Positions 51,128 to 60,698 of a DNA stretch of 64,000 nt are shown here, piece after piece. Every line of letters begins with the position of its first letter. Position 1 is the stretch's first letter. A model generated the notes under the pieces. That model ran no database searches. It was not told the origin of the DNA and was given only the letters and a program-made list of their open reading frames with translations. Made by a program: the position numbers and the translations under genes. Source of the stretch: a virus; the IMG/VR virus record IMGVR_UViG_3300032116_000104, positions 20,373 to 84,372 of that record. One strand, 5' to 3'.

Positions 51128-52837
51128 ATGTTCCGCAGGCTTGGAGCCATAGCGGGTCAGTCAACAGACGCACCGCCTGGTGCCCCAACTATCACCTCTG
51201 TTACTCCTGGAGACGGCACGCTATCAATAGCGTTCACTGCTCCAGTATCAGATGGTGGAAGACCTATCACCAACTACCAATACTCACTTGATAACGGTGC
51301 AAATTGGACGACAAGGTCCCCTGCTGCAACGTCGTCTCCAATACTGGTAAGCGAACTAAACAATGGCACTACATATCAAGTCATCATACGAGCCATAAAT
51401 ATTGAGGGCCTTGGCCAGAATTCCAACATGCTCAGCGGAACACCCAGGACAACCCCGTCTGCACCGCAGTCTGTTCTGGTGACTAATAGTGGCGGCGGAA
51501 TAAATCCACCAGTTGTCAACGTGTCTTTTTCTGCGCCAGCAAGCAATGGCGGAAATGAAATAACAAACTACGAATACAGCACAAACGGCGGTTCATCGTG
51601 GACTGCTCTAAGTCCTGCATCAACATCTTCTCCAATAAGTATCGCTGGCTTACTCAACTCAAGCACTTACAGTGTTGGAATACGTGCCGTCAATGGTGCT
51701 GGTTCTGGTGCGGCATCAGCATTCACCCCAATTAGACCTCTTCCGTCATTTGAAGCCACGCCCACGGCGACAACACCAGAAGTTTCTTCATATTCCGCGC
51801 AAAGCACTCAAACAGCGACATTTAGAACTGTCAACTGGACGGCAAACCTGAGTAACGACTTTGCCGCTGGCACATGGAACGTGACCCTGCACAGGGCGTC
51901 ACCAAGTTCAATTCTTATCACGAGCAGCAACTACACGGCAACCAACTCCACAAATGGTTCGTTTACCCTTGACTACAACACTTACCAAACTCATTGGGGG
52001 CAGGAAGTACACGCCATATTCACGATTACCGATGTTGACGGGCAAACTTCTTCATACCAGACCCCGAACTTCACATTGCCAGCGCTACAGACAACAACAG
52101 TCACTACATGGGACGATAGGTCAAGAACCTACAACGCCCCTTCATACATAAGCCCGCTATACAATGCCACCGAGAACGGATACCAGAAACCATCGGAGGC
52201 GGTTTTCCAATCATCGGCTTCAAGGGCTTTTGATAACGACTCGGATACTTCTTGGTCTATTGGTAGTGTTGTAACCACAAAATACTGTGAAGTATGGGCG
52301 CGATTTTTTGTAAGTGAAGGAATAATTGCAAACATTGTCTACGCTGGAAATACTGGGAATAACTTCAACAGCATGGTTACTCTTGGTCAAGAGCAAAGTG
52401 GTTTAATTATCAATACAGCAGTTCTTAATATGCGTGACTTTAGAAGCCGTCATACTTTTAGAACTGATAACTGGCTTTTTATGTACGACAATGTTGCTGA
52501 TGCATACAGGAATGGCAGCGGAACACAAAGAGGGACATTTCCCTCTGGCACAAACCTCTCTAGCCACAATAGTGAGCCCTTCATTTCAAGAAGGCTGTCT
52601 GATTCAACAGATATTCCGTCGGTCAATGGCGTGACATGGAACGAGACATGGTCAATGTCAAGTCTTGATGACTGGACAAGAGGAACTGTTTTTGGTATGC
52701 CTTATTTTGACGTGAATGTTTCTTTGGTGCAAAGAGGTAGTACTGGCGGCAACCTATGTGCCATTACCGATGTGCAGGTGTTGTGGGGGGCAACATTCCA
52801 GGAAATGTATTCATACAACACGACCACTTACAAGTGA
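51128..52837 (+). CDS. Fibronectin type III repeat virion protein
   Basis: Two FN3 units (PGAPTI...F.AP.SDGG..ITNY.YS.D/NGG..W...Y.V.IRA.N). Confidence 0.85.
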   Translation: MFRRLGAIAGQSTDAPPGAPTITSVTPGDGTLSIAFTAPVSDGGRPITNYQYSLDNGANWTTRSPAATSSPILVSELNNGTTYQVIIRAINIEGLGQNSNMLSGTPRTTPSAPQSVLVTNSGGGINPPVVNVSFSAPASNGGNEITNYEYSTNGGSSWTALSPASTSSPISIAGLLNSSTYSVGIRAVNGAGSGAASAFTPIRPLPSFEATPTATTPEVSSYSAQSTQTATFRTVNWTANLSNDFAAGTWNVTLHRASPSSILITSSNYTATNSTNGSFTLDYNTYQTHWGQEVHAIFTITDVDGQTSSYQTPNFTLPALQTTTVTTWDDRSRTYNAPSYISPLYNATENGYQKPSEAVFQSSASRAFDNDSDTSWSIGSVVTTKYCEVWARFFVSEGIIANIVYAGNTGNNFNSMVTLGQEQSGLIINTAVLNMRDFRSRHTFRTDNWLFMYDNVADAYRNGSGTQRGTFPSGTNLSSHNSEPFISRRLSDSTDIPSVNGVTWNETWSMSSLDDWTRGTVFGMPYFDVNVSLVQRGSTGGNLCAITDVQVLWGATFQEMYSYNTTTYK

Positions 52838-52944
52838 TGTACGAGTTTCTTGGCGAGCCACTCCCCGAGAAACGAAAGAAAGACCCCTACTTCAATCAGC
52901 GACAAAGCAAGAAAATGCGCAAAAAGCGCAGGAAATATCGTTAG
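52837..52944 (+). CDS. Possible tiny basic protein
   Basis: TGATG coupling; MYEFLGEPLPEKRKK... Confidence 0.4.
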   Translation: MYEFLGEPLPEKRKKDPYFNQRQSKKMRKKRRKYR

Positions 52945-53108
52945 TCTTTGTCTTTACTGAGAGCCACGCCCACAAGGTGGATAGCCAGCGCAATGCCGCT
53001 AATCCATAGGGCCTGGTTTCTTGTATCCCCAGAAAGGGTAATCAGCACTAGGGCAGTGCCAGCCAGCGTCCACGCAAGGGCGTGGAATTCCTTAACAAAC
53101 TTGAACAT
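52941..53108 (-). CDS. Small two-TM membrane protein (absent from the ORF track)
   Basis: Own translation MFKFVKEFHALAWTLAGTALVLITLSG...; follows the lectin gene. Confidence 0.75.
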   Translation of the reverse strand: MFKFVKEFHALAWTLAGTALVLITLSGDTRNQALWISGIALAIHLVGVALSKDKD

Positions 53109-53123
53109 GTTCTTCACACCTCA

Positions 53124-54515
53124 TTATTTTCTTTTCCCACCAGAGCCACTGGATGCATTAGATGCAGCAGTGGGCAATGAAGATAGTACAGCACCAGCAG
53201 CGACCACAGCCCTACGAGTACCAACAGACACAGCCGAACCGACTGGAACGTAGTTGTCAAACTTTCCTCCGTAGACATTCACTTCATCCTCAAAGGCCTC
53301 CTTGATTTCTTCTGGGGCATTTTGGACAGCCGCGACTATTTGCGCAGCCTCTTCCTCTGTAATTTCATCCGTGTCAATCGCGTCAAATACTTCTGCGGCT
53401 TCATCTGGGCTCAGGGACACCAGCGCAGTGGCAGACACCGCGACACTCAACGCTTCCTCTGGAGAGATGTTTTCAGTAATTTCTGGAATGGTGGTTTCTG
53501 TAATTGTTGTTGTTGTCTCTGGAGCAGTGGTCGTAGTTGGGGGAATAGTCGTCTCTGGAACGGTTGTCGTCACAGGAGGAACCGTTGTGGTTGGGGGTAG
53601 GGTGGTAGTTGGAGGAAGAGTCGTGGTTGGGGGAACGGTTGTAGTAGGCGGAATCGTCGTCGTTGTCGGGGGCAATGTCGTGGTGGGAACTGGCGCATAC
53701 AGGGCCAAAACATAGAGTTTCTTGTAAACCCCAGGGCATGGGTCACCAAAGACCCCGTTGTTCGCAAAAAGGTCAGCATTATTGTTTCCAATGATTGCGG
53801 ACGCAACTATTTCTTCGCTTGATTGTGCATTACATATACCAACGCTGTAGGAGCCAGACGCTCCGTTGGGGGAGCCATAACTGGCAAAAACTATTTCTGT
53901 AAACACATGACCCTCTGGCGCAGACAGATTTCCCATAGACCCTTCCGTGAGTTCAATCCATGCACTGTTCGGTGGTGGCGGCGGGAGAACGACTTCGTGA
54001 AAAAGTGAAGCATTGGTGAAGGACGGGCCGTAACAACCAGCCCAATAGAGACCATTATCGCTACCAGTGATAAAAACTGTCACGGTCTCATTAGGTTGCG
54101 TGGTCTCCACTGAATGGGAAAACGTCTGTGACTCCTCTGGGGCCAGAACCCATCCAGAATAAAAAGCCTCATTTGAGTCCTGCACTACGACCTGATAGGC
54201 ACCACGGGCCCACGGCTCCACGCCATCCTTGACTGTGTAACTGAAGGTAACAATTCCTGGTGTGCTTATTGTCACACTCTGGGAAACCGTGTTAGTCACG
54301 TAAGAAAACTTGAGAGCGTTCTGCTCCCAGCCACCTATGGAGGGAACTCCACCAATGCAAGATGCGTTGTTTCCTCCGCTCCAGCCTCCGCCTCCAGCGG
54401 TAAAACTTCCATTGACTAGAAGATTGGCCGCCGACACTTGAGTTGCGCAAAGCGTGAGAAAGCAAAACAGCGCAGGGAAAAATACAATCAGAAACCTAGT
54501 AAAGTTTTGGCGCAT
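53124..54515 (-). CDS. Exported protein: signal peptide, CBM-like domain, SUEL-type lectin domain, Pro/Thr stalk
   Basis: NLLVNGSF; FASYG.P.G...C...FGDPCPG.YKKL; (PPTTT)n. Confidence 0.75.
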   Translation of the reverse strand: MRQNFTRFLIVFFPALFCFLTLCATQVSAANLLVNGSFTAGGGGWSGGNNASCIGGVPSIGGWEQNALKFSYVTNTVSQSVTISTPGIVTFSYTVKDGVEPWARGAYQVVVQDSNEAFYSGWVLAPEESQTFSHSVETTQPNETVTVFITGSDNGLYWAGCYGPSFTNASLFHEVVLPPPPPNSAWIELTEGSMGNLSAPEGHVFTEIVFASYGSPNGASGSYSVGICNAQSSEEIVASAIIGNNNADLFANNGVFGDPCPGVYKKLYVLALYAPVPTTTLPPTTTTIPPTTTVPPTTTLPPTTTLPPTTTVPPVTTTVPETTIPPTTTTAPETTTTITETTIPEITENISPEEALSVAVSATALVSLSPDEAAEVFDAIDTDEITEEEAAQIVAAVQNAPEEIKEAFEDEVNVYGGKFDNYVPVGSAVSVGTRRAVVAAGAVLSSLPTAASNASSGSGGKRK

Positions 54516-54620
54516 ACACACCCCCAGGGATAATTCTACCATCCATTGTGCCTACTAATGACAGGGTGGCACTTGCCGTCGTGATAAAATCAATGAGCAG
54601 TAAAAACTGCTTCGTTACGG

Positions 54621-54812
54621 GTGGTGATGGTGTTGACCGAGGGAATAGTGATTGCGGTAATCGCAGCAAGCGGCACAATTACCGCTGCTCTCATAAACAA
54701 GATGCGCAGAGAAAATAGAAGTGACCATGACCTTGTGGTTTCTTCACTTGACAGAATTGAGTCAAAAATTGACGAACACATCGCTGACCACGCCCGTGGT
54801 GAGTTTGAATAA
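54621..54812 (+). CDS. Small membrane protein, possibly lysis-associated
   Basis: N-terminal TM followed by RREN..DH...L..I..KID.HI.DH. Confidence 0.65.
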   Translation: MVMVLTEGIVIAVIAASGTITAALINKMRRENRSDHDLVVSSLDRIESKIDEHIADHARGEFE

Positions 54813-54834
54813 ATAACACACTTGGGGGTGTGAG

Positions 54835-55065
54835 ATGAAAACCATTACACTGAGAATCCTTGCCGTCTTTGCGGCGTCTGGTCTGAGCGTCGTCGGCGCT
54901 GGTGCGGTCGCTGGTGTTGAACTTTGGAAGGCTGTCCTCATGGCTGGTGTTGGCGGAGTCGCCACAGTCGTAGAGGGCCTGGCCCGCGCCTTCCTTGATG
55001 ATGGAAAACTTGACGTTGACGAAATCAACGAGGTCTTCAACAGGGTTGACAAGGGAGCCGAGTAA
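54835..55065 (+). CDS. Holin-like membrane protein
   Basis: Two TM helices; acidic DDGKL...EI tail. Confidence 0.65.
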   Translation: MKTITLRILAVFAASGLSVVGAGAVAGVELWKAVLMAGVGGVATVVEGLARAFLDDGKLDVDEINEVFNRVDKGAE

Positions 55066-55158
55066 CTTCGTATAAAATAGGCTTAGCCACCGCCTCCTGT
55101 TTAGGGATATACTAAAAAACCTAAATCTAACTGAAGTTCGGTGGTGTAGGGTCTAGAC

Positions 55159-55494
55159 ATGGAAAACCCCAATGAGATGGTGTGGCACAACGACGGCCAT
55201 GTCGTCCACCTGAAGATTGACAGGACTGAACTCGTAGCCACCCATGTGGACTGCCCTAATATCGGGGACTGCACCTCTGAGGAGCACGGGTGCGTCGTTC
55301 AGTGGTTCGTGGACAGGTTCGGGATGGAGTGCAATGTCGGCACCTGCCCTGCATCAGAAGCCCTGACAATCTGCTGGACGCTCTCTGGGAGCAAGCGAGA
55401 CCTTGATGCCGCCCAGTTGTGGTTCATGCCCCTGACGGACGAAGTTTTTAACGCTTGGTTTGTGGGGCGGAATTCTGCTGAGCCTGCATCTTAA
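55159..55494 (+). CDS. Hypothetical Cys-containing protein
   Basis: Leaderless (TAGGGT 6 nt upstream). Confidence 0.7.
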   Translation: MENPNEMVWHNDGHVVHLKIDRTELVATHVDCPNIGDCTSEEHGCVVQWFVDRFGMECNVGTCPASEALTICWTLSGSKRDLDAAQLWFMPLTDEVFNAWFVGRNSAEPAS

Positions 55495-55774
55495 TGACTT
55501 GATTCCTGGCAGCAAAATCATAAACCTGCTGGACGCCCTTAGGCGTAATCTTCCAAGAATCACTAGACACTTGTTCTAGTGAGCCATTGCTGATGAGTGT
55601 CTTGATGCTCTGCTTGATTGACCAAGCATCATCAAATCGGTAACTGAACTTCCTGACATCTTCAATGCCGAAGGCTTCACGCTTGAACTTGGCGTAGGAA
55701 AGCAGTACATACGACCTGCTGCCATACCTAAAGTTTGGTTGTGGCAATGCTGGCTTCTTGATTGCTTTCATCAC
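55448..55774 (-). CDS. Winged-helix-like protein
   Basis: L...G.L.......WKIT.KG; TAGCCT box 7 nt upstream. Confidence 0.6.
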   Translation of the reverse strand: MMKAIKKPALPQPNFRYGSRSYVLLSYAKFKREAFGIEDVRKFSYRFDDAWSIKQSIKTLISNGSLEQVSSDSWKITPKGVQQVYDFAARNQVIKMQAQQNSAPQTKR

Positions 55775-55788
55775 GAGATAAAGGCTAT

Positions 55789-56214
55789 CTAGAAGGGTTC
55801 TTCTTCGCTACTTTCTAGGATATTTAGTAGTGTGATAATGGTCTCAAGCCTCTGTATATCAGGGTGATTTTTGATTATTTCTTTATTGAAACTATAGACA
55901 TTTTTGCGGTCGTGTTTTGTCTTTGTAATCAGACCTTCTGTCATTAGGGATTTGAGCGTTCTCTCAATCATGTTCTCGCTCAGATTGAGGTAAACCGCCA
56001 AAGAACGCACGGTCATCGTGGGGTCGCCCATCAATGTGTAAAGAACCCTGCCAGCCGTGGAGAACAGTTGCACCTCTCCACCAGATGAGTAGTGCAGGAG
56101 TTTCTGCTGGTCCAGCATCATCATGACCTTTTCCAGTTCCCCTGGCTTGTTCTGGAATACGCCGAGGGATGAAAGCGCCTTCTTGACTTCAGAAGATTTA
56201 TTGTCATTCTTCAC
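55789..56214 (-). CDS. MarR-like winged-HTH regulator
   Basis: MTVRSLAVYLNLSENMIERTLKSL..EGLI; GGAGG RBS before GTG 56214. Confidence 0.8.
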   Translation of the reverse strand: MKNDNKSSEVKKALSSLGVFQNKPGELEKVMMMLDQQKLLHYSSGGEVQLFSTAGRVLYTLMGDPTMTVRSLAVYLNLSENMIERTLKSLMTEGLITKTKHDRKNVYSFNKEIIKNHPDIQRLETIITLLNILESSEEEPF

Positions 56215-56304
56215 AGGCGTTCCTCCATAGGCGCACACGGTGACACTAGCATGCTTGCGCCCTGTGGATAGTGTGTGTATCCTCACGGCACACAAGGAGG
56301 ACAA

Positions 56305-56559
56305 ATGCTGAAAGACAAGTTGATAGGACTCAATGACCAGCCTCAGGTTAAAAAGGGCTGTGTTGTGGGAAATATGATGAAAACACTTGACGAAGAGACC
56401 AAGCAAGCCTTTATTCAGGTTATGCGAAGTGACATTCAGGCAACCCAGATAGTTCGTGTACTAAAGTCCGAGGGCCATCCAGTGAGTGATACCACTCTCA
56501 GGCGGGTACGCCAGAATTGTTTTAACTCCGAGAATGGATGTGAGTGCATCAATGGCTGA
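56305..56559 (+). CDS. Small HTH-like/Cys protein
   Basis: AAGGAGG RBS; L..EG..VS..TL.R.R..C...C.C. Confidence 0.7.
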   Translation: MLKDKLIGLNDQPQVKKGCVVGNMMKTLDEETKQAFIQVMRSDIQATQIVRVLKSEGHPVSDTTLRRVRQNCFNSENGCECING

Positions 56560-57739
56560 GAACCTGAAGGGGAAGTTCACTTCCCTGTCTGAAGAAAAAA
56601 AGAAAGAGCAGTCCAAGAAGGACGTGCTCGGCGGTATTGCCGAGATGCTCGCTCGCAAGAACATCTCCCTTGATGAGATTGGCGACATCAAGAGGGTGTC
56701 GGTCTACCAGTCCATCATCAAGAACGACCTCGGGGAGGCAGAGGTCCAAGACCTCACCGCAATCCAGTTTTCTCCCAAATGGGAGTCTGGTCCAGAGTGG
56801 CCCGTCGTCCAACAGGGCAAGCCCGTACAACTACCAAAGTCAACGACAAAACCAGTCAAGAAGACAGGTTACAAAACCTGCGTTATCGTCCCTGATATAC
56901 AGATTGGTTACTACCGTAACTTTGATGGAACCCTGGAGCCGACCCACGACGAGTCCGCTATTGACATCTGCTTGGCGATGATTCGTGACCTCAAGCCAGA
57001 GGTGATTGCCTGCGTCGGTGACAACCTTGACCTCCCAGAGATGGGCAAGTACATCACCTACCCAGCCTACGCCCAGACCACCCAGGCTTCCATTGACCGA
57101 GCCACCCTGTTCTGTGCCCAGATGCGGGAAGCCGCCCCTCACGCAAAGATTGTGTGGCTGGCTGGTAACCACGAGGAGCGCATGCCCAAGTACCTGGTCC
57201 AGAACGCCACGGCGGCCTATGGACTCAGGAAGGGCAATGCCCCAGAATCCTGGCCAGTGCTATCAGTTCCCTATCTCTGCCGAATGGACGAATTTGGCGT
57301 GGAATACAAGCCTGGATACCCAGCGGCGGATTTCTGGATTAACAAGAAACTGAAAATCATCCACGGCGACCGCGTGAAGTCTTCTGGGTCAACCGCCCAT
57401 GTATATCTCAATGCCGAGAAGGTGTCGGTTATCTACGGGCACATCCACCGCATTGAGACCGCCTTCAAGACCCGCGAGGACTACGAGGGACCAAAGACCG
57501 TCATGGCAGCATCCCCAGGGTGTCTCGCCCGTATTGACGGTGCTATCCCATCCACGAAGGGTGGCGTAGACCTTGACGGGCGCCCACTCACCAGACACGA
57601 GAACTGGCAGCAAGGCGTGGGAGTAGTCACCTTTGAGGACACAGGAGAGCATAAGTTCTCCTACGAGGTGGCTGTCATCTATGACGGTTGGACCATGTTC
57701 CGTGGTCACGAGTACGGGTCCAAAAAGCCGAAGAAGTGA
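56552..57739 (+). CDS. Calcineurin-like metallophosphoesterase
   Basis: PDIQ, GDNLD, GNHE, HGD, GHIHR. Confidence 0.88.
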   Translation: MAENLKGKFTSLSEEKKKEQSKKDVLGGIAEMLARKNISLDEIGDIKRVSVYQSIIKNDLGEAEVQDLTAIQFSPKWESGPEWPVVQQGKPVQLPKSTTKPVKKTGYKTCVIVPDIQIGYYRNFDGTLEPTHDESAIDICLAMIRDLKPEVIACVGDNLDLPEMGKYITYPAYAQTTQASIDRATLFCAQMREAAPHAKIVWLAGNHEERMPKYLVQNATAAYGLRKGNAPESWPVLSVPYLCRMDEFGVEYKPGYPAADFWINKKLKIIHGDRVKSSGSTAHVYLNAEKVSVIYGHIHRIETAFKTREDYEGPKTVMAASPGCLARIDGAIPSTKGGVDLDGRPLTRHENWQQGVGVVTFEDTGEHKFSYEVAVIYDGWTMFRGHEYGSKKPKK

Positions 57740-58410
57740 CAACGCTCGTCGGTATCCAAGGCGACGGATATGCCGTCGTGGGAGCCGATACCCAAATCAC
57801 CTCTTTTGACAATTCGGGCAACCCTTACCAGATATCCAATCTCGCCTCTGGTTCTGCGAAGATAGCAACCAATGGGAAGTACATCCTGGGGGCGGCGGGA
57901 GACATGCGGGCAATCAATCTGCTTCACCATGCCTTTGCTCCCCCTGCCCCACCCCAGGAGGCAAGAGGAAAGAAACTTGACTCCTTCATTACTGCTAAAT
58001 TTATCCCAGCACTAACCGAGTGCTTTGATACTTACGGGTATTCCGTCCCTGATGGGAAGGACAATAAGGACCACTCCAGCGAGCAAAACTCCACAATCAT
58101 CGTGGTCGTTAATGCGACTATCTACCTGATAGAGAATGACTACTCCTGGACCTCCGAGGCCAGTGGAATGTATGCGGCTGGCTCTGGCGCCCCCTATGCA
58201 CTGGGGGCACTGAGCGTCCTGTCCCCCAAGAAGGGCATGAATCTCCAACAGGCCAAGGCGGCGCTTCTTAAAGCCCTCTGGACGGCAGCCAAGTTGGACC
58301 CAAACACGGGGAGCCCTTTCCATACCCTCTCCCAGGAGACTGGCACCACGGAGAAGGTCGTCCCCATCAAGTCTGCCCCAGCAAGACCGAAGACTACGAG
58401 GAAGAAGTGA
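57736..58410 (+). CDS. HslV/proteasome beta-like Ntn protease
   Basis: GTG start gives M-TTLVGI (Thr1 nucleophile); GADTQ, K, AAGSGAPYALGAL, LDPNTG. Confidence 0.85.
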   Translation: MTTLVGIQGDGYAVVGADTQITSFDNSGNPYQISNLASGSAKIATNGKYILGAAGDMRAINLLHHAFAPPAPPQEARGKKLDSFITAKFIPALTECFDTYGYSVPDGKDNKDHSSEQNSTIIVVVNATIYLIENDYSWTSEASGMYAAGSGAPYALGALSVLSPKKGMNLQQAKAALLKALWTAAKLDPNTGSPFHTLSQETGTTEKVVPIKSAPARPKTTRKK

Positions 58411-58503
58411 TGGGCGCGCTTAGTTCTTTCAATGTTTCTGAATCCCGTGTCATTCCCATAGAGGGAGAGAACACCATAGGGAGACAAAGACCCTGGGGGG
58501 AAG

Positions 58504-58836
58504 ATGTCAGATAAAGATACCCAGAAGAAAGTTCCCCAACCAGATAAATCTATTGATATACCAGATTCAAACTGGTTTGACTATGCAGCATGCAAGGGAC
58601 TGACCCAACTCATGTTCCCCAAGGAACACAAGGATATTACCTACATCGCACAGGCAAGAGCCATCTGTAGGGAGTGCCCAGTAAAGCCTCAGTGCCTGGA
58701 GTATGCCCTGGAGTTCCCACCTGCTGACATGCATGGGGTATGGGCTGGACTGACTAGCAGACAGTTGGCTGCGGAGCAAAGACGCAGGGGAGTAAAGCCG
58801 ATTAGACCGACGCTCAGCCAAATGTGGGGGGACTAG
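58504..58836 (+). CDS. whiB: WhiB-family Fe-S transcription factor
   Basis: W...AAC, A.AIC..CPV...CLEYAL, GVWAG. Confidence 0.93.
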   Translation: MSDKDTQKKVPQPDKSIDIPDSNWFDYAACKGLTQLMFPKEHKDITYIAQARAICRECPVKPQCLEYALEFPPADMHGVWAGLTSRQLAAEQRRRGVKPIRPTLSQMWGD

Positions 58837-59174
58837 GCGATACGGAAAGAGCAGGTCTGGCAGAACTCAGCACCATCAAAGGTGATGATTTTCATGTCGC
58901 ACTGTTCTCTTCCGCAGGGCATTATCACCCTTTCCCCCAAAAGATATTCCCTGAGGTACTGGTCAGGGGTGGGCTTTGGATGGGGTGCGGGGGCTGGGGG
59001 GAGAGACTTCTCGGAACGGATGAACTCCCAGGCGGTATAGGTGAGAAAGGCGGAAAGGGTCATGCCTTCTCGCTTGGCAGCGTCTATCAGGGCGTTTTTA
59101 TCGTGACCAGTCACCTTGATGGAGATGACATGCTCTGCCTTGGGGTTTCTTGCCCTAGTCGGTTTCCGTCCCAT
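58833..59174 (-). CDS. Ribbon-helix-helix-like protein with Zn ribbon
   Basis: ISIKV....K..L.DAA..EGMTLSAF; C...C and C..C. Confidence 0.65.
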   Translation of the reverse strand: MGRKPTRARNPKAEHVISIKVTGHDKNALIDAAKREGMTLSAFLTYTAWEFIRSEKSLPPAPAPHPKPTPDQYLREYLLGERVIMPCGREQCDMKIITFDGAEFCQTCSFRIA

Positions 59175-59370
59175 CGCGCTCCACCAGTGTTATCAGGTAC
59201 TCCGTAAGGGTCATCCCTACGGCGTCTGCCTGAAACATTAGCCGACGCTTGAAGTCTGCGCTGACTCGGAGGGTCAGGGTGGTGGAGTCTTTGGTGGGAG
59301 AGACTGGGGGTCTGCCGACATTGCGCTTCACTTGGTCTCCAATCCTCGGGATTCGCGGAACTCTCCGCAC
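59155..59370 (-). CDS. Ribbon-helix-helix DNA-binding protein
   Basis: GRPP...LTLRV...K..L...A...GMTLTEY; the start may be further downstream. Confidence 0.7.
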   Translation of the reverse strand: MRRVPRIPRIGDQVKRNVGRPPVSPTKDSTTLTLRVSADFKRRLMFQADAVGMTLTEYLITLVERDGTETD

Positions 59371-59525
59371 CAGTAGGAGTAGGAGACTATCTCAGCCTTG
59401 GGATAGCGGTGACAGACTCCGTGGTCTGCCTGGGGATTGGGGACGTAGAACCGACATCCGAGGCAGGATGGGAAGGTGGGCTGGAACTCAGGATTGGATG
59501 TTCCGAGGGTTGTGGTGACTGTCAT
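59328..59525 (-). CDS. Small Cys-rich protein
   Basis: C..CRF...G.C.RYP...WCGEF. Confidence 0.65.
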   Translation of the reverse strand: MTVTTTLGTSNPEFQPTFPSCLGCRFYVPNPQADHGVCHRYPKAEIVSYSYWCGEFRESRGLETK

Positions 59526-59989
59526 TCCGCTCCTTTTTCAGGAATCTCGTAGATTTGTTTTTGCATTTCGGTCACGACTTCCTCGTAGACCCGCATGAAC
59601 GCTTTCTGGTCTTCGTAGGTGTCCATACCCCAAGCAGAGTCACCCAACAATTGTATGGTCTTCTGGAGGGCCTCGGAAATGGGGGTCTTATTGATGGTCC
59701 CATTATTGACCCCTTTTATCAGCCCAACCATAGTTGCCCAAGCAACATAGGGTGAAGATTGTTGGGGAACTAAAGTGTGGAGATATTCGCGGCGAATCTC
59801 GGGGGGCTTTGGCATGTAGGTGGCTGTGGTGGCCAACCTGAGGAATGCCTTCTTGGCTCCATCGTAGGGGAGGTCGTGGAGGATGTCGTACCACGCCCTG
59901 AGGACATGCTTCCTATCCACATCAAGTAACTGCTTGTCAAAGGTTGCGAAGACTTGGAGGACAAGTTCTTCCAGTTCTGGTTTGGTCAC
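59522..59989 (-). CDS. Replicative helicase loader/inhibitor-like (SPP1 G39P-like)
   Basis: AW..IL.DLPY..A..A.......Y.P...EIR. Confidence 0.65.
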   Translation of the reverse strand: MTKPELEELVLQVFATFDKQLLDVDRKHVLRAWYDILHDLPYDGAKKAFLRLATTATYMPKPPEIRREYLHTLVPQQSSPYVAWATMVGLIKGVNNGTINKTPISEALQKTIQLLGDSAWGMDTYEDQKAFMRVYEEVVTEMQKQIYEIPEKGAE

Positions 59990-60363
59990 CAGGGCTCCTT
60001 CTCGTCTGACTGGGAGTCGTATACCCCCAGGAATCTCTCTACGTGTTCTGAGTCCCTGAGGATGAGTTCTATGTCGTCATAGCGCTTGTTCATCTTGTTC
60101 CTCCCCATGTGGAAGGGGGAGAGGGAGCAGCCTTCTATGGCTTGTTTACATTGCTCCACGCCATAGTCGTAAATTGCCGCGCCGATTGTTGCTGACCTCT
60201 TCTCATCAAGAATTGGTTTGCGCCGCGCGGACGACTTGAGAGTCCTGACCCAGAAGTCAAAGACCTCCTGCTTCTCCTCTCTTGAGACCTGTGCAGCCTT
60301 TTTGGACCTAGACAGAGACTTCTCAGACAGAGGACGACCTCGTTTCTTCGGTTCTTCCACCAC
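59986..60363 (-). CDS. Replication initiator C-terminal-like protein
   Basis: VF.FW, C..AI.GC..SPFHMG.N...Y.D.ELILRD. Confidence 0.55.
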   Translation of the reverse strand: MVEEPKKRGRPLSEKSLSRSKKAAQVSREEKQEVFDFWVRTLKSSARRKPILDEKRSATIGAAIYDYGVEQCKQAIEGCSLSPFHMGRNKMNKRYDDIELILRDSEHVERFLGVYDSQSDEKEPW

Positions 60364-60370
60364 GGTCAGA

Positions 60371-60399
60371 ATGATATCTGTAAATCAGGAAGATTGCAA
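60371..60399 (-). promoter_or_regulatory. Sigma70-type promoter, leaderless
   Basis: TTGCAA-17 nt-TATCAT, 7 nt before GTG 60363. Confidence 0.65.
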
Positions 60400-60662
60400 C
60401 CCTTGGAGGTCATATGGGTTTGAGCCATGTCACATAGACATTGACCAACTCCTTGACCTCAACCCCACTTTGGAGGGGGTTCGGGGGAACCTTTCCGAAA
60501 TTCACTTTTTATTTTTGCGCATGCCAGGCTCACCCCATTTTCCAAGGGTGTTTTTTCCTGGGTAGCGTCGGCATGCCGCTTGTTGTGTCGGGCACCTTAG
60601 CAGGGCCCCGCGAGTTGAGCAACTCTGTGAGCGGATTTTTTTCCGCCGCTTCGGAGAAGTTC

Positions 60663-60692
60663 TTGAAAGAAGACATACCGATGGTGTAGTTT
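60663..60692 (+). promoter_or_regulatory. Sigma70-type promoter for the candidate ncRNA
   Basis: TTGAAA-18 nt-TAGTTT. Confidence 0.5.
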
Positions 60693-60698
60693 CTCCAC

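Noticed and set aside
46069-52837. Diversity-generating retroelement acting on the fibres
   Set aside because: No reverse transcriptase in the window; the 150-bp repeat is intragenic and its differences are not adenine-specific
56215-56406. N-terminal extension of the wHTH ORF given in the track
   Set aside because: It overlaps the divergent gene; a strong RBS supports GTG 56214
57688-57735. Propeptide on the HslV-like protease
   Set aside because: It lies inside the upstream gene; GTG 57736 overlapping the stop gives Thr1 directly
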